Positions 63,203-64,000 of a stretch of 64,000 bases of DNA are shown here, one piece after another; position 1 is the stretch's first letter, and every line of letters begins with the position of its first letter. The stretch is from Halobacteriales archaeon QH_7_66_36. GTDB taxonomy: Archaea > Halobacteriota > Halobacteria > Halobacteriales > Haloarculaceae. Location of the stretch: contig PXQV01000004.1 in assembly GCA_003021175.1 (NCBI GenBank), forward strand, positions 25,015-89,014, written 5' to 3'. The notes beneath the pieces are model-generated. The model made no database searches. It saw only the letters and a list, made by a program, of their open reading frames with translations, and was not told where the DNA came from. A program made the position numbers and the translations under genes.

Positions 63203-64000
63203 CTACGCGTCGTCCGCCGGCCCTCCCGACTCGGGCGGGAACTCGTCGACCGAGACGGTTCGCTGCTCGCCCGTCTCCATGTCGCGGAGCGTGTACTGGT
63301 CGTCCGCGAGGTCCTGCTCGCCGACGATCACGACCGTCTCGGCGTTGATCGAGTCGGCGTAGCCGAGCTGCGCGCCGAAGCTTCGGCCGGACACGTCCGT
63401 CTCGACGACGTACTCGCGCTCGCGGAGTTCGCGGGTGAGTTCGGCCGCCTCCCGCTCGGTGTCGCCCACCTGCAGGACGTAGTAGTCGGTCGCGACGGCC
63501 TCGTCGGGGTAGACGCCGGCGCGCTGGAGCAGCAGCGGGAGCGTCGCGTAGCCCGGCGCGAAGCCGACGGCAGGCGTCGGCTCGCCGCCGAAGCTCTCGA
63601 TGAGGTCGTCGTAGCGGCCGCCGCCGAAGACGGAGCGCGACACCTCGCCGGTCGAGTCGAAGCACTCGAAGACGACGCCGGTGTAGTAGTCGAAGCCGCG
63701 GGCCGTCTCTAACGACAGTTCGCAGTGGTCACTCGCGCCGAATCGGTCGACGGCGTCGAGGACGGCCGTCAGGTTCTCCACAGCCGCGTGGGCGTCGTCG
63801 CTGCCCGCGAACTCGGCGAGGTCGTCGAGCGAGTCGCGGGTCGTCGCGGTGATCAGGTCGTCGAACTCCGCGGCCTGATCGTAGGAGAGGCCGGCGTCGG
63901 CGAGCAGGTCGTGATACTCGGCGGTGTCGATTTTCTCGCTCTTGTCGACCGCGCGGATTGCGTCTCGCACGTCGATATCCACGTCGAACGACCGGAGGAC
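63203..64000 (-). CDS. hisS: Histidine--tRNA ligase, C-terminal part (gene runs off the window end)
   Basis: RGFDYYTGVVFECF, GGGRYDDL, followed by an anticodon-binding domain. The reading frame is open to position 64000. Confidence 0.85.
   Translation of the reverse strand, partial: VLRSFDVDIDVRDAIRAVDKSEKIDTAEYHDLLADAGLSYDQAAEFDDLITATTRDSLDDLAEFAGSDDAHAAVENLTAVLDAVDRFGASDHCELSLETARGFDYYTGVVFECFDSTGEVSRSVFGGGRYDDLIESFGGEPTPAVGFAPGYATLPLLLQRAGVYPDEAVATDYYVLQVGDTEREAAELTRELREREYVVETDVSGRSFGAQLGYADSINAETVVIVGEQDLADDQYTLRDMETGEQRTVSVDEFPPESGGPADDA

Noticed and set aside
1-64000. A search by eye for tRNA, rRNA, CRISPR arrays, ORB-type origin repeats, integrase or transposase genes, and known defence-system genes.
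   Set aside because: The intergenic regions showed no cloverleaf-like sequences, no regularly spaced repeats, no GTTCCAGTGGAAAC-type ORB motifs, and no recombinase, Cas or restriction-type domains in any credible ORF. A tRNAscan, Infernal or HMM scan would be needed to be certain.

Overview
The window reads as a G+C-rich haloarchaeal (class Halobacteria) chromosomal segment. Evidence: acidic proteomes, Tat/lipobox signals, an archaeal-type PEP carboxylase, PAN, and a SAMP-like ubiquitin-fold protein. All calls rest on reading the supplied ORF track, my own translations, and remembered family motifs. No searches were run, so start codons and family assignments are provisional. I could support no rRNA, tRNA or CRISPR array.

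Gene content, in order:
- 1-5180: a 5-gene Opp/Dpp-type ABC importer operon.
- 5.4-17.5 kb: acetamidase/formamidase, a SAMP-like protein, a UPF0175/PIN-like toxin-antitoxin pair, two amidase-signature enzymes, a Cys-less LOV-like PAS protein, a site-2 protease, a Tat lipoprotein, a methyltransferase and an aldo/keto reductase.
- 17.5-22.8 kb: an AT-richer NUDIX islet, a polysaccharide deacetylase, a GCS2-like ligase, archaeal-type PEPC and a thioesterase.
- 23.1-31.2 kb: an 8-gene acyl-CoA / C5-dicarboxylate-type catabolic cluster.
- 31.4-36.9 kb: a stretch with decayed genes, a second GCS2-like paralogue, an aldo/keto reductase and a carotenoid oxygenase.
- 37.0-48.0 kb: a glycan-biosynthesis island with a Wzx-like flippase, a sulfatase-like protein, two related alkaline-phosphatase-superfamily paralogues, two GT4 glycosyltransferases, two SDR epimerases and UDP-sulfoquinovose synthase.
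- 48.5-64.0 kb: P450, CbiA, UPF0058, GlmS/GlmU-like, photolyase, UppP, PAN, PepF, an M28 peptidase, TruA and partial HisRS.

Most interesting observations:
1. The CoA-transferase / MaoC hydratase / CitE-like lyase / ACAD / MmgE-PrpD cluster parallels bacterial itaconate-type degradation loci.
2. A four-copy MITE-like repeat family has terminal inverted repeats and a covarying internal stem. Two same-orientation copies bracket a 4-gene block of the catabolic cluster.
3. The sulfoquinovose-type glycan island carries three sulfatase-superfamily paralogues with non-canonical active-site motifs.
4. Smaller items: a Cys-less LOV protein, a duplicated 3' end of the S2P gene flanking a small insert, a glmS lacking about 40 codons of its first SIS domain, and several frameshifted genes.
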